Positions 50,958-62,342 of a stretch of 64,000 nucleotides of DNA are shown here, one piece after another. The notes beneath the pieces are model-generated. The model had not been told where the DNA came from. It saw only the letters and a list, made by a program, of their open reading frames with translations, and did not search any database. The translations under genes were made by a program, and so were the position numbers. Position 1 is the stretch's first letter. Every line of letters begins with the position of its first letter. Location of the stretch: the UHGV virus genome UHGV-1342921. One strand, written 5' to 3'. Source of the DNA: a virus.

Positions 50958-53213
50958 TTAAGAGAATAAACCATTGATTGTTGCCTCGGGTATGGCGCTA
51001 TAAGTTGTGTTAGTATCTGTGTTTACAGAGGTGTATGTCCTATTTACAATAGAAGTGACCCTTCCGTATGAGTCAACCGTTATCTGTGGAACAGAAATAG
51101 TCGTGCCGTTCGTGCCGTTCACGTTCGCAGAAGGCCCGTAGGAGCCACTGGTGACGCCAGAAGAGCTTAAGCTGAAGGTTGTACCGCTTAAAGTCAGACC
51201 GGTTCCAGCATGATATTGGGTGTCTGTGTTCGTGTTCGGAGGCGTTGCCCATGTGCCGTCGCACCTTAAATAACGGTCGTTCGCACCTGCTGAAGGAGCA
51301 GGAGCATAACCAGCTATACCTGAATAAGAAGCGGTGCTACCAGTCAACTGCCTCCAAGTGTCTGTAAACACGGCATTTGCAGGGACCGTCTTGTTAAGAG
51401 AATATGAGCAGGCTGTGGGTTTGCCATCGCTAAAATAGACAGGAACAGTTCCACTACCAGCTGAAGTTGAAAGTTTAGTCGCTGTAGTCGCGCTACCAGC
51501 AGTGGTTGCGCTGCTTGCGCTACCGGCTGAAGTGGCATACCTTACGCTCTTCGTAGAGTCAGCGGTGTTGTCAACATTTCCAAGACCGACGTCTGTTTTT
51601 GTAGGCTTATCATCGCTTGTATATATCTTATACCAATCGCCCCAAGCAGCGGCACTTAAATCTGCGCTTCTTAAAGCAAGGCGAGGATGAGCGTCTGTGT
51701 TGTATCCGAAAGCAAGCTGATATCCGTTTCCTCCAGAGGTCTCGCTCCAAGGAGCTACAGACATAAGTCCACAGTATGTCCCGCCAAAACCAGTTGGAGA
51801 TCCAATTGTTGAAACGCCTTTAAATTCAGCTGTGATACTACTCTTTGTGAAAGACTCATCTTTAGGTTTTGAATTAACGTCTCGTGTATCTTTGAACTTT
51901 AATTCGCTTGATTCATTGGCAATAGAAGTATAACCAGCACTATTCGCGTAATTGACAGAAGCATTTGAATAAGGAGTACATGCGACAGGAACTCCGTTGC
52001 TGAAATATACCGGGGTTGTAATTCCACCAGCATTTGTATTTAATTTATTTGCAGAGGTCGCAGCGCCTCCCGGGGTTGAAGACCCAGCATAGTTATGCTC
52101 GTGACCTACCGCACTTGCACCAACGTCGCTTGCTGTCAACACAATATTAGAAATAAGGGCTTTGTTGTTGACAGTTCTCGAAGTCGGCACGTAGTTTGCA
52201 AACTTCTCGTTGAGGATCCTACCTTGGTTGGCAGAAAGAGATTGGTCTTTCGCTGTTGAGGTAAGATTATCAACACATGGCCTCCAGGTGTCTGTCGTCT
52301 TGGAGTCGGTTGAAGTGATTGTGATGACACCGTTGGCGTCCGCCGAGACTGTTGTGGCTCCAGCGCCTTTGATCTGATGAGAGTTCCTGACTCCACCGTT
52401 CTCAACCAGGTTCAAGAAGGTTGTGCCGTTTGCGGTTGCAGAATTGGCAACGGCAGAGCTAGAGGTTCCCACAATAAGATTTGAAGTGTAGTGGGTATCC
52501 GCGCCAGGAATACCAAGAGCAGTGATATCTGACTTCGTAACGGCAGTGGCTCCTGTAACGTGGCCTGCGTCGTTTGTGGTTATCTTGTATAGACCACTGG
52601 CATATGCTGAACCGTGCTTGTCAGCGTGGGCCTTTGCCGCCGATGCCCAAGAGTGAGCCTCGGCACCTAGATTACCCTGATATGCAGTGGAAGAAGTTGT
52701 GCCGAGAGCGAGGGAGTCCGAGATGACAACATATTTTGAGCCACCCCAGCGATAGATTTTATTAGTAGAGGTGTCAGTGTAAATCTTCCCTGTCTCGCCT
52801 GCCGTTGGGAAGTTGTCAACACTGTCATACTCAAGAACGTCGTCAACATAGCTAGGAAGAAGGCCGGAAGGAATCTCTCCTGTCAGTTGAGTACCAGCAT
52901 TGACTTGTCCGCCAATCTCACTGAAATTGTAGCTTGGCTTGCTAGAAGCCTTGGCCCAAGAGTAGACGTCCGAAGCGGGCATGCTTGAAGGGAAGTCACT
53001 TATCTTACTCTTGGTAATAGATGGGATATCGTTCGCAACAAGCTTGCGGAAAGTGGCAGGTCCAGCAGCGCCGTTAGGGCCAGCAAGGACTGTGTTGGCA
53101 GTCCTGCTTTCGTTCATATTTAAATATTGAGTGTGAGAGTGAGATTTAGGAGCATACCTATTGTCACACCCAGATAGAAAAGTCTTTAGTCCATCCAAGT
53201 CAAGGAAAGCCAT
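50958..53213 (-). CDS. Long tail-fibre protein with T4 gp37-like HxH repeats; N-terminal MAFLDLDGL motif
   Basis: HxH motifs KSHSHTQ and GHEHNYAGSS. S/T/A/G-rich repeats. A segment [53 protein letters not shown] is shared with the 53370 gene. LRCDGTWATP motif. Confidence 0.65.
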   Translation of the reverse strand: MAFLDLDGLKTFLSGCDNRYAPKSHSHTQYLNMNESRTANTVLAGPNGAAGPATFRKLVANDIPSITKSKISDFPSSMPASDVYSWAKASSKPSYNFSEIGGQVNAGTQLTGEIPSGLLPSYVDDVLEYDSVDNFPTAGETGKIYTDTSTNKIYRWGGSKYVVISDSLALGTTSSTAYQGNLGAEAHSWASAAKAHADKHGSAYASGLYKITTNDAGHVTGATAVTKSDITALGIPGADTHYTSNLIVGTSSSAVANSATANGTTFLNLVENGGVRNSHQIKGAGATTVSADANGVITITSTDSKTTDTWRPCVDNLTSTAKDQSLSANQGRILNEKFANYVPTSRTVNNKALISNIVLTASDVGASAVGHEHNYAGSSTPGGAATSANKLNTNAGGITTPVYFSNGVPVACTPYSNASVNYANSAGYTSIANESSELKFKDTRDVNSKPKDESFTKSSITAEFKGVSTIGSPTGFGGTYCGLMSVAPWSETSGGNGYQLAFGYNTDAHPRLALRSADLSAAAWGDWYKIYTSDDKPTKTDVGLGNVDNTADSTKSVRYATSAGSASSATTAGSATTATKLSTSAGSGTVPVYFSDGKPTACSYSLNKTVPANAVFTDTWRQLTGSTASYSGIAGYAPAPSAGANDRYLRCDGTWATPPNTNTDTQYHAGTGLTLSGTTFSLSSSGVTSGSYGPSANVNGTNGTTISVPQITVDSYGRVTSIVNRTYTSVNTDTNTTYSAIPEATINGLFS

Positions 53214-53369
53214 AGATTCTTATCCTCCTTTATTCCCCACCTCTTTTAGAGGTAGAGTAAATCTAAAAATCAAATTTATCGCATCCTCCGATAGAGCGGG
53301 GATAACGGAGCCATATAACTTATGGTTATAGAGAGAAGAGGCTTAATTCGCCCCTTCTCTCTATTTTTT

Positions 53370-56300
53370 TTATTTGAACAATGCGTTGATATCTGTATCA
53401 GAAATTTTACTATACGTAGTGTTTGTGTCTGTGTCTGTCAACGCAATAGTCGCATTGCCGGACTGGTTTAAAGTGAACGAGCCTTTTGAGACACCGTTCT
53501 GGGTTATCGTGATAGTGCCGTTCCCCACGTTTGGGATCGTAGGCTTGTTGCTTAAGTCGTTATAGCTACCAGACGTGGCGACAGTCGAGAACGAAGGCTT
53601 GCCGGACACGTTGCCCCAAGCAACCGAATTTGCCGTCGACGCAGTGCCCGCACTGGTGGCACAAGAGGCCAAGCTACTTGTATAAACAGGCGTCACAGAA
53701 GCTACGAATGTTCCAAGACCAAACTGGAAGTACTTTGTTCCAGCAACATCAATCAGTGTTACAGAAGGAGACTCGTAATCTCTAACCGGCTTATAGTAAA
53801 GTTCATAAGCATTGGAAGAGTTCTTGACAGCAACGACATTGCTTGCATAATCTAAACTGTTGAGCGACACCCAAGTAAGGATTCCGGAACCAAGAGTCCC
53901 TGCGGTGCCACCATTTCTAAACTCAAACTTTAATAAACCTAAAACAGAAGCACCTTCTGTCATACCGAATGACAGAGTGCCCGAGCAATAATCCCAAGCA
54001 GGGGCAGACGACAAATCAATAGTAGCAAACTTCAAGTACTTACCCTTGTCTGTATTACTGTTTGAGCGTAGGATTATCTGCTTGTTTATATAAGTTGTTT
54101 TAGAAGTTCCGTCACCTTTAACAAGAGAAAGCGATTGTCCGTCCGAACCTATATCTTTAAGGTACGTCTTATGAATCGGGTTTCCGCCTGCGTCGTTCGT
54201 CGCTTTTGTGGCGTAGTTGACGGAGGCACTTGAGTAAGGCGTGCAAGCAACTGGGATGCCATTGCTAAAGTACACAGGGGTTGTTGTACCGCCTGCGTCA
54301 GTATTCAGCTTGTTTGCCGAAGTTGCAGGTCCACCAGCCGAAGATGAGCCTGCGTAGCTATGGCTGTGACTTGCAGGAGCGTAAACAGACTTGTCGGTAT
54401 AAGCAGCGCTTCCAAGTCCCTTGACTGCAATATCTGTAGTCGTTCCACCTGCATTGACGCTTATTGTGCCGTTTGTGGTTCCCGAGTCAATAGCCCTAAC
54501 ACCTGCGTTGCTGATCTGTGTACCTGAAATTGAAATTCCAGTACCAGCTGTATAGGTTGTATTGGTAGGCGTAGCCCATGTGCCGTCTCCGCGAAGGAAC
54601 GACACTCTCTCTCCAGATGTTGGAGCGGGAACCAATCCATGTACGCCATTAGCACTTGAGGTGGCACCCTTCATGTCGGAGTAGGTCGTGTTATCGTCTG
54701 TTCTCCAAGCAGGCACTCCGTTGGCGTCTGTCTTCCAAACCTTGTTGGCTTGTCCGGCACCGGAGGCGACATAACCTTCACTACTTGCAGAGTTGGCTTT
54801 CCAGGTGTTAGTGTCTGTCAGTTTTGATCCAGCAGGCACGTCCATTCCAAGAGAGTAGGAGCAAGCTGTAGGCGTTCCACCATTGAGATATATACCCTTT
54901 GTTGAGCTTCCTACAGTAGCAGAACCAAGTTTTGTCGCGGTTGTTGCCGAAGTTGCAGTCTTGGCAGAGTTGACATTTGCATTTGCGATATCGGTTATCT
55001 CTGCTATTGTGTGAGTGTGAGCAGACGGAGTGAATGTCCCAGGCTTGCCTGTAACACCACTCCACGGCACACTAGAAGCAGAGCCAGCCGTGTACTCCAT
55101 GTAACCCTTCGAGTTGGAGAGGTTGGCCGTGTCAACGACGATATACATTGTGCCGGTGTCAAGACGCTTGACTGTGTCGCCAAGCTGGACAGTAGCGGTC
55201 GTCAAAGCATACATGGCAGTCTGGTCTTTGACTGTCACAAGCCTCTCAAGAGCTCCAGCTGGAAGCCTGTCGATTGAGATTGTGCCGCTTGTGATCTTGC
55301 TTGCATCAAGGCCAGGTATACGCTCTGTGGAAAGCACACCGGAGCTTACCTTGCTGGCATCGACAGAGGTAATCGTCGAGTTGCCGTGGGTGTGAGAGTC
55401 GTTGTTGACGCTGACGTTACCGCTTGAGTCAACAGTGATATCCGTGCCACTCTTGACAAGACCGGCGGTAGAGGAAGTTGCGATTCCATATGTATGGTCG
55501 TTCTCGGCTCCCCATGTCGCTGTGCCGTCTGCACTCCAACGTAGAATCTGCCCTGAACTGCCCCCCGAGGGGATATGCTTGTTCCCGCTTGATGTCGGGT
55601 GAACGTAGTTGTTTGCATTGGTTGCTATGCCGTCTAGCTTACTCTTGTCAGAGGACGACATAAAGCCATTGGCTGATGTGGTCGCAGCAGAGTGAGTGTG
55701 GTTGCCAGAAGCAACTGTATTAGCAGAAGTTCCGACAGGAAGACGTCCGTAGGCGACGGTGCCTTGAGAGATGTTGTTGGCGTTAAGGTTCGTCAAGGAA
55801 CCTGCTTCGCCAGAGAAACTAGAAGCCGTCACCTTCTTGGGGAAGATTGCATTCTGGTCTGCGTCCCAAGAGTAAAGATGGCCGTTGGAGAACATGTAGT
55901 TTGGATCACTCCAGTTGGTGTTGCCATAAATACGGATGTCACCTATTGTAGCGTTAGACGACGCCCATTCAGAGTTTACTTTTGTATAGTAGAAAGTAAT
56001 TCTATAGGCGTAGGTGTTGGACGTTTGACTAGATCCACCACCAAAAGTATATCCAGGCAAACCTATGCAGTTTGGTCCACTCCAACCAGCTACAGGAACG
56101 TTTGTCCTATAAGTCTTAAATGTGGTTTTCGCACCAATAGTAGAATATTCTATGTCAACAGCGACACTATGTCCACTTGTAGACACCCAAAGATATAACA
56201 TTAAAGCATTGGAATAGCGGTCTATTGGGTTTACCGTAATGCGAATCTTATTGGAAAGAGATGGCGTGCCTGGACTCACGGCAGAAGAGTTCCTGCCTAG

Positions 56301-56924
56301 GAACAATCCTCTTTTTGTTTGATTGTCTGTTCCTGCATCTACCCAAGTCTTACCGCCGTCTGTTGTCTTCTCAATAACAATCGCGTCCGCTGGCATGAAA
56401 ATAGTCTTGTTTTCAAGAGAGCCTGAAATTGCACCAGAGTAGATAGGAGGGACGCTTCCTTGAGTGTTCCTACCAGAACCATAACTGTTAACTGCAAATG
56501 CGTCATGATCATGGTTTACCTTCGCATACACATAGTCCGCTTGAGACCTCATGTATGACCATAAAGCAGAGATAGGACGACGAACGAACTCTGCTGTTCC
56601 ATTTACGTCTTGAGCGATATAGTAGTTAGACCCAGATGGAGTCACAGTCGCCGTATCAAGCAGGTTTAACGCTGTGTAAACTCCTATCCTTGTATTATCA
56701 ACTTTATTACCAAGGGCCGTGTTAATTACCTTGTTTTGTACTGGATTTGTAGAGGAGCTCGATAGAGCCGAGTCAACCGTGGTAGCCTTCGTCAAGTCAA
56801 GCCTTTTCCCGTTGGCATCGACATAAAGAGTCGAAGTGTCGGTAGCCACCAGGACGGCACCATCAGTAATTGCCTTCTTATCAACATCGGCCTTCGTGCC
56901 TCTAAAGACTTTTAGTTTTGCCAT
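53370..56924 (-). CDS. Very large tail-fibre/tail-spike protein (1184 aa) with multiple HxH motifs and mosaic segments shared with the neighbouring fibre gene
   Basis: HxH motifs [88 protein letters not shown] is nearly identical to a segment of the 50958 gene. [10 protein letters not shown] motif. Confidence 0.65.
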   Translation of the reverse strand: MAKLKVFRGTKADVDKKAITDGAVLVATDTSTLYVDANGKRLDLTKATTVDSALSSSSTNPVQNKVINTALGNKVDNTRIGVYTALNLLDTATVTPSGSNYYIAQDVNGTAEFVRRPISALWSYMRSQADYVYAKVNHDHDAFAVNSYGSGRNTQGSVPPIYSGAISGSLENKTIFMPADAIVIEKTTDGGKTWVDAGTDNQTKRGLFLGRNSSAVSPGTPSLSNKIRITVNPIDRYSNALMLYLWVSTSGHSVAVDIEYSTIGAKTTFKTYRTNVPVAGWSGPNCIGLPGYTFGGGSSQTSNTYAYRITFYYTKVNSEWASSNATIGDIRIYGNTNWSDPNYMFSNGHLYSWDADQNAIFPKKVTASSFSGEAGSLTNLNANNISQGTVAYGRLPVGTSANTVASGNHTHSAATTSANGFMSSSDKSKLDGIATNANNYVHPTSSGNKHIPSGGSSGQILRWSADGTATWGAENDHTYGIATSSTAGLVKSGTDITVDSSGNVSVNNDSHTHGNSTITSVDASKVSSGVLSTERIPGLDASKITSGTISIDRLPAGALERLVTVKDQTAMYALTTATVQLGDTVKRLDTGTMYIVVDTANLSNSKGYMEYTAGSASSVPWSGVTGKPGTFTPSAHTHTIAEITDIANANVNSAKTATSATTATKLGSATVGSSTKGIYLNGGTPTACSYSLGMDVPAGSKLTDTNTWKANSASSEGYVASGAGQANKVWKTDANGVPAWRTDDNTTYSDMKGATSSANGVHGLVPAPTSGERVSFLRGDGTWATPTNTTYTAGTGISISGTQISNAGVRAIDSGTTNGTISVNAGGTTTDIAVKGLGSAAYTDKSVYAPASHSHSYAGSSSAGGPATSANKLNTDAGGTTTPVYFSNGIPVACTPYSSASVNYATKATNDAGGNPIHKTYLKDIGSDGQSLSLVKGDGTSKTTYINKQIILRSNSNTDKGKYLKFATIDLSSAPAWDYCSGTLSFGMTEGASVLGLLKFEFRNGGTAGTLGSGILTWVSLNSLDYASNVVAVKNSSNAYELYYKPVRDYESPSVTLIDVAGTKYFQFGLGTFVASVTPVYTSSLASCATSAGTASTANSVAWGNVSGKPSFSTVATSGSYNDLSNKPTIPNVGNGTITITQNGVSKGSFTLNQSGNATIALTDTDTNTTYSKISDTDINALFK

Positions 56925-57076
56925 TTGAGAGGTGTCCTTTCACTTTTGTATAACCCCTAGCAACAGGGATATTCAGACAAAAGATTCTTGTTCCCAGGAG
57001 TTATAAAAAAAGCGGAGGGCGGTTTCCCGCCCTCCGCCATTAAGAGAGAAAAAATGAAAAGCGGAAGGCTCTTTCT

Positions 57077-58348
57077 CTACTCGCCTAGATCCTCCCACGA
57101 AATAAGATCATCGGCATATTTCTTGGCATTGGCCTCGGCTGTGTCAGCCTTGGACTTTGCGTCAGAAGCAGCAGCGGTGATGGCAGCTTGCTTGGCCGCA
57201 TCTGCCTTTGTGGTAGCGTCAGTCGCAGCGGCAGCTTGAGCCTTGGCAGCTTCGCCAGCAGCATCGAAAGCAGTTGTGTTGACATAAGCGGCGCTACCTA
57301 GACCATGAACCTTGACGTCCTTGCCGTTGACTGCGATTGTGCCGTTAGCGGTGCCCTCGGCGACAGACTTAACGGGAAGCTCAACCCTTGTGACAGTGAT
57401 GACACCGTCTGTCTGGGAAACGGCGGACACATAGTTGTCAGCAACGGCAGCGTCAGCCTTGTCGAGAGCCTGAATCTTGGCAAGAGAGTCGGCCTTGGCA
57501 GCGGTTAGAGCGTCGTTGGCCTTGCCCTCGGCGAAAGCCTTTGTGGCGTAGTCGGTGAGGTCAACCTTGGAGTCGCCGACAAGCTCGAACTTGCCGTTGA
57601 CAAGCATGTACTCCTTGTAGTTAGAAGCCTCGGAGCCTTCACCGGTGCCGACCATGTAGATGGTGTCCTCGTTGGCCTCGCTGACATCAGGAAGCGCGGT
57701 GACAATCTGACGCTTCAGGTGGTGGGCACCAGCAACGGCAGTCTGGATGGCGGTATCAGTCTGTGTCTTTGTGTAGGCGTCAGCGATGCCATAACCGGCA
57801 AGAGTGGTGGCCTTTGTGGCCTTCTTGGCAATCTCACCCTCAAGAGTGGTCTTGGCTGTGTCGGTGTAAGCCTTGGCATCAGAGAGAGCCTTGCTGATAG
57901 AGCCAACGCCAGTGCCGTTGATGACACCGATGGCGGCTTCGTTGGCACTAGCCTTGGCCTCGACGGCGGCTAGACGGTCATTGAGCTTGCCAGCGTCGAG
58001 CTTGCTGATTTCAGTGGCGACATAGTCGACGACAGCCTTTGTGGTGGCCTGCTCGTCAGCGGAGCCCTTGCCTGTAATGGAAGCGGGGGCAGGCTTGACG
58101 ATGGTGACAAATGCTGTGCCGTTCCAGTACTTGGCAGAACCATCCTTGGTGTTGACATAGATGGTGTTGACCTCACCTGTGACAGGATAAGTCGTGCAAG
58201 TCTCATATAGACCGCCAGTGAAGGGAACGTCGCCCTTGTAGATCCTACGAGAGTCTGTAATGAAATAGAGGGTTGAAGCGGAATGCTCTGCTAAACCGTT
58301 GTACTTGGATAGAGAGCAAGAAACAAATTTAACTGCACTGGTAGCCAA
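57077..58348 (-). CDS. Fibrous Ala-rich coiled-coil structural protein (TTG start at 58348)
   Basis: AAGGAG RBS 6 nt upstream of the TTG. Extended Ala/Lys/Thr-rich heptad-like segments (AKAYTDTAKTTLEGEIAKKATKATTLAGYG...AAKAQAAAATDATTKADAAKQAAITAAASDAKSKADTAEANAKKYA). Confidence 0.5.
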   Translation of the reverse strand: MATSAVKFVSCSLSKYNGLAEHSASTLYFITDSRRIYKGDVPFTGGLYETCTTYPVTGEVNTIYVNTKDGSAKYWNGTAFVTIVKPAPASITGKGSADEQATTKAVVDYVATEISKLDAGKLNDRLAAVEAKASANEAAIGVINGTGVGSISKALSDAKAYTDTAKTTLEGEIAKKATKATTLAGYGIADAYTKTQTDTAIQTAVAGAHHLKRQIVTALPDVSEANEDTIYMVGTGEGSEASNYKEYMLVNGKFELVGDSKVDLTDYATKAFAEGKANDALTAAKADSLAKIQALDKADAAVADNYVSAVSQTDGVITVTRVELPVKSVAEGTANGTIAVNGKDVKVHGLGSAAYVNTTAFDAAGEAAKAQAAAATDATTKADAAKQAAITAAASDAKSKADTAEANAKKYADDLISWEDLGE

Positions 58349-58365
58349 TTTAATCTCCTTTAACT

Positions 58366-58803
58366 TTACGCAGGGATGTCTTCCCATTGAGTCATGTTTG
58401 CGACTGCTAGGTATTTGGATAAAACGCTATCCCATTTATATATAACGTCTTCGTCGACGTATAGAGTGTTATCTGACCCGACTTTAGGAAAATCTTCCAA
58501 AGAACCACAAAAGATAGGGTTAAGGTTCTCTGGGGTCAGTTGCCACCATCCATCCTTACCGTAAGACCAAAGGATGTGTGTCTCTTGCACATAGTAAGTC
58601 CCTTGAACAGGAGCAAGCATTGCCGTCCTATCAGCTTCGGTGTCAAGGATGGTGAGGTTTGAATATGAAACCCTCAAGCCATGAGAGTCCATATATATGG
58701 TGTGGGAATCTCTTACAAAAATCATCTGTCCTGTGACGACGGGGATGGTAGAGAGCTTCCCCTCTGTTGTCTCGTACAGTTTTACAATAGAGTTGTTTGG
58801 CAT
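58366..58803 (-). CDS. Hypothetical structural protein (145 aa)
   Basis: ORF in the fibre/baseplate gene string. Confidence 0.45.
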   Translation of the reverse strand: MPNNSIVKLYETTEGKLSTIPVVTGQMIFVRDSHTIYMDSHGLRVSYSNLTILDTEADRTAMLAPVQGTYYVQETHILWSYGKDGWWQLTPENLNPIFCGSLEDFPKVGSDNTLYVDEDVIYKWDSVLSKYLAVANMTQWEDIPA

Positions 58804-58815
58804 CTCCCCTCCTCC

Positions 58816-59712
58816 TTATTCGACATAGGTTATTGTAAGAGCTTCTGTTATTTTATTTGTGACATAATCTGTCACTTTTATCTGCTTGCCGTTCTCGTCC
58901 TTACCGGTGTCGCCGATAATGGTATCTATAATGGAGCCAGCAGTAGAGCTGAAGAAGCCGTCAACATAAGCCTTGGCTTCACCCAATGCGTCGTCCGCCT
59001 TGATCTTGGCGTACTTCTTTGCCTCGACAAGAGAAGCGTCGACTTCATCTTTTGTGGCAAAGTTGGAAGTGTCGATCTCATTGTCGCCAAGCTTCTCGAA
59101 CTTGCCTTCGACAAGGACGTACTCGTCGTAAGACTGATGCCCGGCCTCGTCTGGGTTGGCTTTCGGCACCATGTAAATGACGGTCTCGCTTGCCTCTTCA
59201 ACTGGCGGTAGCTCTTCGACTATCTTCCTTGTGATATGGCCGACGCTCGCTACAAGAGCCTTGGCTTCATCATAGGAGATCTTTGTGGACAACTTGCCGT
59301 CTATGTCCTGTTTGAGTTCGTCAATCGCAGGCCCGATTTCAACGTCGTCAAAGATCATCTTGAAGTCTGTGCCGTTGAAGATATAACCCTTGCCGTCAGA
59401 GGTGTTCAGATAGACAACGCCTTGCTCGGCGTTCTCTTTCTCGGGAAGCACTTCGACGGGTTGAACGTAGTTCTTCACAAGAGCAGTGTTGACGTTCAGC
59501 TTGTCAAGTGTAAGATGGCCTTCTGTGCCGTTTATGACATATGAATCAAAACTGCCGTCCGCGTTGCGAACTTTTATTGTCTGACCTGGATACGCTTTCC
59601 CGCTTGAAAGGTAGGTATTCGCACCATCAATAGACTCATGGACTTCCGAAGCGTCTAAAGGTATTGGGTTCAAACGTTCGTAAGACCTAAACGTCGATAC
59701 TGTAGCGCTCAT
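58816..59712 (-). CDS. Hypothetical tail/baseplate-associated protein (298 aa)
   Basis: ORF with a coiled-coil-like C-terminus. Confidence 0.45.
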   Translation of the reverse strand: MSATVSTFRSYERLNPIPLDASEVHESIDGANTYLSSGKAYPGQTIKVRNADGSFDSYVINGTEGHLTLDKLNVNTALVKNYVQPVEVLPEKENAEQGVVYLNTSDGKGYIFNGTDFKMIFDDVEIGPAIDELKQDIDGKLSTKISYDEAKALVASVGHITRKIVEELPPVEEASETVIYMVPKANPDEAGHQSYDEYVLVEGKFEKLGDNEIDTSNFATKDEVDASLVEAKKYAKIKADDALGEAKAYVDGFFSSTAGSIIDTIIGDTGKDENGKQIKVTDYVTNKITEALTITYVE

Positions 59713-59715
59713 TAA

Positions 59716-60720
59716 CTACCTCCCCTCAAGAGTGAACTCGAATGTCATTCCGGTCGTTGGAGAACAAGCGACCTGAAGACAATAAACGTCATATTCTGAT
59801 GCAGTATACCCATCTACACCCTCAACCATTGCGGTTGTTTTGTCAAAACAGTCAAGAATTTCAGATTCTCCTGCTTCAAGATAAACGGCGTTTGTGACGA
59901 CAACGGAACTCGGCACACACAACATAACCCACTTTTGTCCAGGCTCCATCTTGACCTGCACGGCACTCTTGTCTTCAATGTCAGGGCCAGACGGCAAACC
60001 TCTCACAAAAGCAGATGTGATTTCTTCAGGGGGATCGTCGATTCCGCCTCCGTGGAACATCGCTTTTATAGGAATGTAAACGAGCGGTTTTGAAGCTATT
60101 TGACCAGCTTCTATCTTGTTTGTGCCGTCTTCCTCGCCGAGGTTGTTGAGCTTGAGGTCGCTTGCCTCATAGGATGCTTGCACATCGAACGACGTCTTCT
60201 CCTCAAGCCTGAACTCCGGGATGTGCTGTTCGATTGTGTCCTTGAACGCGCCGTATATCTTGTCGCCGTTTTCAAGGACGTCTATCGAGACAAGCCTGCC
60301 AGCCTCGTTGCGAGTGAACGCAGCTTCTATCGTCGGCGAAAGGACTGTGCCGATTTCGTATCTGCCTGGCTTGTCGTCAGACGTCACTTCTGCAACCAGT
60401 TCAGGCTTCTTATACTCGGGGTGGACGGCTCTTTTGACGAGCTTCTCAAGGAACTGCTCGAACGACAAGCCTGTCTTCAGCGTGTCGCCATCCTCTATCC
60501 CGCCGATAAAACCGTTGCTTCCCAAGTTGACTTCTATCTCGTTCTTTGTCCTATCGTCGTAGCCAAGGGGTATGGCGTTCTTGTCTGCGTCGATGTAATA
60601 AAGAACGTTCTCGTCAGAAGAGACTACGAAGTCGTTCTCGTTGACCTTGCCTTTCTCGATGTTGGCCTGAATCTTCTCGGTCGGCCCGTGGAAGAAGGAG
60701 ATTTTTTTATCTACAGCCAT
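59716..60720 (-). CDS. Hypothetical tail/baseplate-associated protein (334 aa)
   Basis: ORF abutting the upstream gene. Confidence 0.45.
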   Translation of the reverse strand: MAVDKKISFFHGPTEKIQANIEKGKVNENDFVVSSDENVLYYIDADKNAIPLGYDDRTKNEIEVNLGSNGFIGGIEDGDTLKTGLSFEQFLEKLVKRAVHPEYKKPELVAEVTSDDKPGRYEIGTVLSPTIEAAFTRNEAGRLVSIDVLENGDKIYGAFKDTIEQHIPEFRLEEKTSFDVQASYEASDLKLNNLGEEDGTNKIEAGQIASKPLVYIPIKAMFHGGGIDDPPEEITSAFVRGLPSGPDIEDKSAVQVKMEPGQKWVMLCVPSSVVVTNAVYLEAGESEILDCFDKTTAMVEGVDGYTASEYDVYCLQVACSPTTGMTFEFTLEGR

Positions 60721-60738
60721 TATGAAAACCTCCCCTCT

Positions 60739-61356
60739 TTAATCATCGAGTTCGTTCATATATAAAGCAAACTCTCCAGCGATAAGGTTGTTGACTTTGT
60801 CTAAAGCCTCTTGTGCCTTATCCTCTGCTCTGGAAACGGTGTCCTTGATGTCAGAGACATCTAGTTGGAAGTCTTCAAACAGCTTCTTCTGATAGTTGAA
60901 CTCATCAAGCATGTCGTCCTTGAGCGTGGTCAGGTCAAGGATCGCCTGTTGGAAATCAGAGTAGTCGTCCGTCACCACAAAAGACGAGCCGTCGTTTGGG
61001 TTCTGTAGCACGTGGACGGTGAAGTTGTTGCTTGGGGCGATGCTTACGTCGTCGACTATCTCTAGACGGCACAGCACGGTCCCCTCGAACAACATGTCTT
61101 TAGGCCAGTGAATCTCCCAAGTGGACGGCGTGTCGCTCACCTTTGTGAGAACGTTGTATCCCTTGACTTTCCTGTCTTGATGAATCCAGTTTAAATACAC
61201 TTTTGAGTTTGGACAGAGTTGGCATCCTGCCTTTTGTGTGAACACCACCCTTAAGGTACAGCCGTTCACATCACCAGCGCCAGCTATGACAGGAGAGCCT
61301 ATTTCTTGGTCCAAAGACTTCAACTCAATCGTGAAGGTCTTCAATTCTTGGCTCAT
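60739..61356 (-). CDS. Hypothetical structural protein (205 aa)
   Basis: ORF with coding-like composition. Confidence 0.45.
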   Translation of the reverse strand: MSQELKTFTIELKSLDQEIGSPVIAGAGDVNGCTLRVVFTQKAGCQLCPNSKVYLNWIHQDRKVKGYNVLTKVSDTPSTWEIHWPKDMLFEGTVLCRLEIVDDVSIAPSNNFTVHVLQNPNDGSSFVVTDDYSDFQQAILDLTTLKDDMLDEFNYQKKLFEDFQLDVSDIKDTVSRAEDKAQEALDKVNNLIAGEFALYMNELDD

Positions 61357-61957
61357 TTAATCTCTTCCTCTCCGTGTCATAGAGAACAGGCTCACCGCTT
61401 GTCTTCACGAGGGGGAGCGCCCTTAATCTGTCCATCAAGCCGTCGATGAAACTGTTCCCTCCATGACTTTTATATGTGGCGTATCTATTTTCAAGACTGT
61501 CCATCGTTATCTCGTCTATCTGATGTACGACATAACAGTGGTAATGATACTTGTCTATAATGAACACCCTTGCGCTGTATAGAAACTGCTCTTGAATGTC
61601 CACTTGCGAAGACTCCATGTCAAGTATTTTTTTTTGAAGAGAGTCTTGTTTTTCCGACAAAGAATGAATCTCGTCCTGAATTGACTGAACCGACTCGCAT
61701 AAAGCGTTCACGTTGTCGGAAAGTGTGTTTATCTTCTGCTCTATCGTCTCATGCTCGTCAATAATTTGCTCGGTCTCTGAATCTTTTCGGAACTTGCCTT
61801 TTATAGCCTTATATGCCCAAGACAGAGCTTCCCCGAGAGACTTTGCGCACATCAGCACGAGGATTATTATAATAACTACATCTCCGAAATTATATTGACC
61901 AAGCAGTTGGTTAAAAGGCTCCACTTTTACCCTCCTGAAACTTGTCAAATTCGGCAA
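61325..61957 (-). CDS. Membrane-anchored coiled-coil protein (N-terminal transmembrane segment)
   Basis: N-terminal FGDVVIIIILVLMCAKSLG hydrophobic segment followed by a long coiled-coil-like region. Sits upstream of the holin. Confidence 0.45.
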   Translation of the reverse strand: MPNLTSFRRVKVEPFNQLLGQYNFGDVVIIIILVLMCAKSLGEALSWAYKAIKGKFRKDSETEQIIDEHETIEQKINTLSDNVNALCESVQSIQDEIHSLSEKQDSLQKKILDMESSQVDIQEQFLYSARVFIIDKYHYHCYVVHQIDEITMDSLENRYATYKSHGGNSFIDGLMDRLRALPLVKTSGEPVLYDTERKRLNEPRIEDLHD

Positions 61958-62044
61958 ATCTACTTATTAGAAAAAAAGAGGGAAATAACAGTGTGTATTG
62001 CCCAGAACAATAAAAAACCTCCCCGACAAGCAGGGAGGTTTCTT

Positions 62045-62308
62045 TTAATCCTTCTTGGGGCAAGTGTACGTCAAAGCCTGTTCGGAGTCTTTGATACCGC
62101 TTGTTGTCGGGTCAACAACGACGCCCAACATAGAGAGCACCATAAACACGGTTGTGATGACTGTGGTGGCTGTAGACTCAACTCCTGCCAAGTCTAAATC
62201 CACACCGAACAAAGAGGCCATAGACACAGCGAAAGAGCCTATGACACCTACAAGGCCGATCCAGAACGACTTGTTCTTTAGACGGACTGTCCAGTTAATG
62301 TTAGCCAT
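62045..62308 (-). CDS. Holin, SPP1/Bhl (phage_holin_1) family
   Basis: MANINWTVRLKNKSFWIGLVGVIGSF...VFMVLSMLGVVVDPTTSGIKDSEQALTY matches the INWxVRLKNKxFW...DPTTxGxxDSxxAL signature of this family. Two hydrophobic segments. Confidence 0.8.
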   Translation of the reverse strand: MANINWTVRLKNKSFWIGLVGVIGSFAVSMASLFGVDLDLAGVESTATTVITTVFMVLSMLGVVVDPTTSGIKDSEQALTYTCPKKD

Positions 62309-62342
62309 GGCAAATCACCTCCTCTCCTTTTAATATTTTAAA

